Positions 61,884 through 64,000 of a DNA stretch of 64,000 nucleotides are shown one piece after another (the first letter of the stretch is position 1; every line of letters begins with the position of its first letter). A program made the position numbers and the translations under genes. The notes under the pieces were generated by a model. The model ran no database searches. It saw only the letters and a program-made list of their open reading frames with translations, and was not told the origin of the DNA. This stretch comes from Cirrosporium novae-zelandiae (taxonomy: Eukaryota): NCBI GenBank assembly GCA_026023565.1, contig JAPETS010000019.1, positions 186,001-250,000 on the forward strand, read 5' to 3'.

Positions 61884-63876
61884 GTGTAAGCTTATATTAT
61901 GATGATGGTTTATTCGGTGTTATCTGGTCCTTATGATGGAACGAATGGATTTCTGGCACAGTATCCCTGGGGCATTTCTTTATTTATGAAAGTTGAACAT
62001 CTGGGTCTCTCTATATGTGACGAGAAGACAGGAAAAGGCAGAATGTGCATATTTGTACCTTTATAATTTCTTTTAACCCTTTTTAGCTCGAGCGAGATTT
62101 CTATTAGCACATATTACCCTTAGACAAAATCGCTATTCCTCCTAGCTTAGTAGCTGTGGTGGGGTCGAAATACATTATTGAAAAAGTGAAAGTTTAATAT
62201 GACTATTGGAAATATCTGTTATGTTCTAGATGTAAGCAGCCAAGCTATAGCCAAGCTATCAAGGTCATTTGCCTTTCGACAGTTAAACGGTGTGGCTTTG
62301 GGAGAAAGTTAGAGGATGTAGTTTATAACTACACCAGACAAACTGGCTCGCTTCCCCGCAATTGTACTCGGCTCAAGTGAGTAAAGCGGCAACTTTTCAT
62401 GTTTCGGGAGCAGGTGGGGGGAGGAAATTTATTAATAAGCTACTTGACTCCTATCAAAGTATTTTATTGTTGATCAACAAATTGCGAATAAGATGGGAGA
62501 TAATGATAATCCGAATTATCCATCAGATGAAATTCCTTTTAATCAATGATTTAAGGAATACGCTATCAGAAAAGGGAGTGAGAAAATGGAAGATATAACC
62601 GCATATGTTATATAATGTCAGCGGGATCGAGGTACCTGTATGCAATGTACTCCTTTCTACCCTTAACAAGACCCAGGGCGGCTGACCATTTTGGCTGTAT
62701 ATGTGTGCATCTATGTTCATGGAAACCCTTTCATCTGATAGGTCCTCTTCCTTGAAAGTACATGATTCCAACCAGGTACAGACTTCCAAGCTGTCTCGTG
62801 CGAATTGCCAACCGTCAACTTCCCCGCATTGTTACCTCGTTCCCCTCCACATCCGCTTCACCAACCAAGGGCTTCCAACAGCTGCCAGCAGCCCTGCTAC
62901 CTTTGCTGCGACAACAATAATACCGGCTTGAGAACCTGCCTGTAACTGGATAATGGATCGATGGATGATGGATGATTTCGGATTCGTTGAGGCGGGGATG
63001 ATATCAAGTTTGTAGTACACGTACATGTTACAACTAATTCCCATCTCTTCTTCCTCGGCCACTCCAGCTTTTCCTACTTGCTCCATTTCGTTCATAACAT
63101 ATAATCCCTCTCGTCTTCTTTTCCGGCTACATATTTGTATTCCTATTTCTCCCGCCCTTGTTCAGTATATTAATCAAGGGAAACCTCTTTGTTTCATTGC
63201 CCTGTGTGACGGTCACCGAGCTCTCTCATGGTGGCTGATGGTCTCGGATCAAACGAAATCGATATCAGGTCTACGAGTATCTGGGATGCAGTGATATTTC
63301 TAAATATTCACGGGTTGAAGAATCAAAAGGGTTGATTGAAAAGATCAATAAGCCGTCGTATGTTTATCTTGCTTCTTCTTCTTCACCCCTCTACAATGTT
63401 GCAATGCACCTCTGTCAACAAAGACCGTGCATGTGAGAGACTCCGACTTCCCAACACTTAACTCGTCACACAAGCTCCCCAACCTCAACTAAATTGACAT
63501 TTCTTGTCCTTTCTTTCTTACAATTCAATTGATAATCATTCCCTGCGATCGGTTTTATAAATTTACTTTTCACCAGCAGGACTCTGATGAAATAGCAATG
63601 TCATACTTATCCAAACATGAAGCTAACCTCGGTGATAGAAGTAGGAATCATAACTCTGAGCCTTTGAAGGACCGACCACAGAAATATTAGCCGCTACCGA
63701 CATCATTTGCCCTTGGAAATTCTCATATCAATATTAATCAACTAAACTCCTATAACCTTTTCATCAATCCGTCCACCATCTTATTGAGCATTCCTCTTAG
63801 CCCAGCGGCTTTAAATCTGGCCTGAACCTACCAAACTACGATAGAGTACTTAACTTCAATCTCCCCTCTGCCTAAC

Positions 63877-64000
63877 ATGTCGTCCCCATCATCGACCCTA
63901 ACTGGCCGGGCCAGACGTGCCACGGAGGACTTATCGTCCTTTACCAAATCCATGATGGAAAATCCATCGGCCGCAACCCAGAGTTTCCTCCATACACCCA
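63877..64000 (+). CDS. 5' end of a gene, possibly a mitochondrial 2-oxoglutarate/malate (dicarboxylate) carrier
   Basis: Open from ATG 63877 to the edge: MSSPSSTLTGRARRATEDLSSFTKSMMENPSAATQSFLHTP. The FLHTP ending recalls the N-terminus of that carrier in Pezizomycotina, but only 41 codons are visible. Confidence 0.35.
   Translation, partial: MSSPSSTLTGRARRATEDLSSFTKSMMENPSAATQSFLHTP

Noticed and set aside
61249..61902. 217-aa alternative-frame ORF overlapping PCK1
   Set aside because: Ser/Pro/Thr-rich shadow frame expected from strong C-ending codon bias in a highly expressed gene.
1..64000. CRISPR array, prokaryotic defence system, PKS/NRPS cluster, alternative genetic code
   Set aside because: Intron-containing fungal genes throughout; no repeat-spacer array or backbone synthase; conserved genes end normally at TAA, TAG and TGA.

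Overview
This is eukaryotic DNA from a filamentous ascomycete (Pezizomycotina-type short GT-AG introns with CTRAY branch points), so most ORF-track entries are exon fragments or shadow frames. I rebuilt about 23 protein-coding genes by hand-splicing: an MCT-type MFS transporter (partial), a Zn2Cys6 transcription factor, a small Arg-rich protein, a Pil1/Lsp1-family eisosome protein, proteasome beta5 (PRE2), three BTB/POZ proteins, a secreted intradiol dioxygenase, two Dal5/ACS-family MFS transporters, RTG2, MAM3/CNNM, RQC2/NEMF, KCH1/PRM6, a DszA/NtaA-family monooxygenase, a degenerate Rossmann-fold protein, an acetoin-reductase-like SDR, an Rsm1/NIPA C3HC protein, PEP carboxykinase, two orphans and a gene start at the right edge. 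Non-coding elements are a tRNA-Ala(AGC), two inverted copies of a ~225-bp MITE, a related foldback element and a probable decayed gene. The most notable observations: (1) the tRNA-Ala gene lies on the sense strand inside intron 1 of RTG2; (2) the three BTB genes share an intron position but carry unrelated N-terminal exons (FG-like, short, NLS); (3) the SDR and PCK1 genes have long, highly base-paired introns, one apparently hiding a poison 3' splice site; (4) MITEs with different terminal repeats share one palindromic core; (5) sharp C-rich to G-rich switches recur at gene 3' ends. All family calls come from motif recognition, not database searches. No CRISPR, rRNA, transposase or PKS/NRPS backbone was seen.
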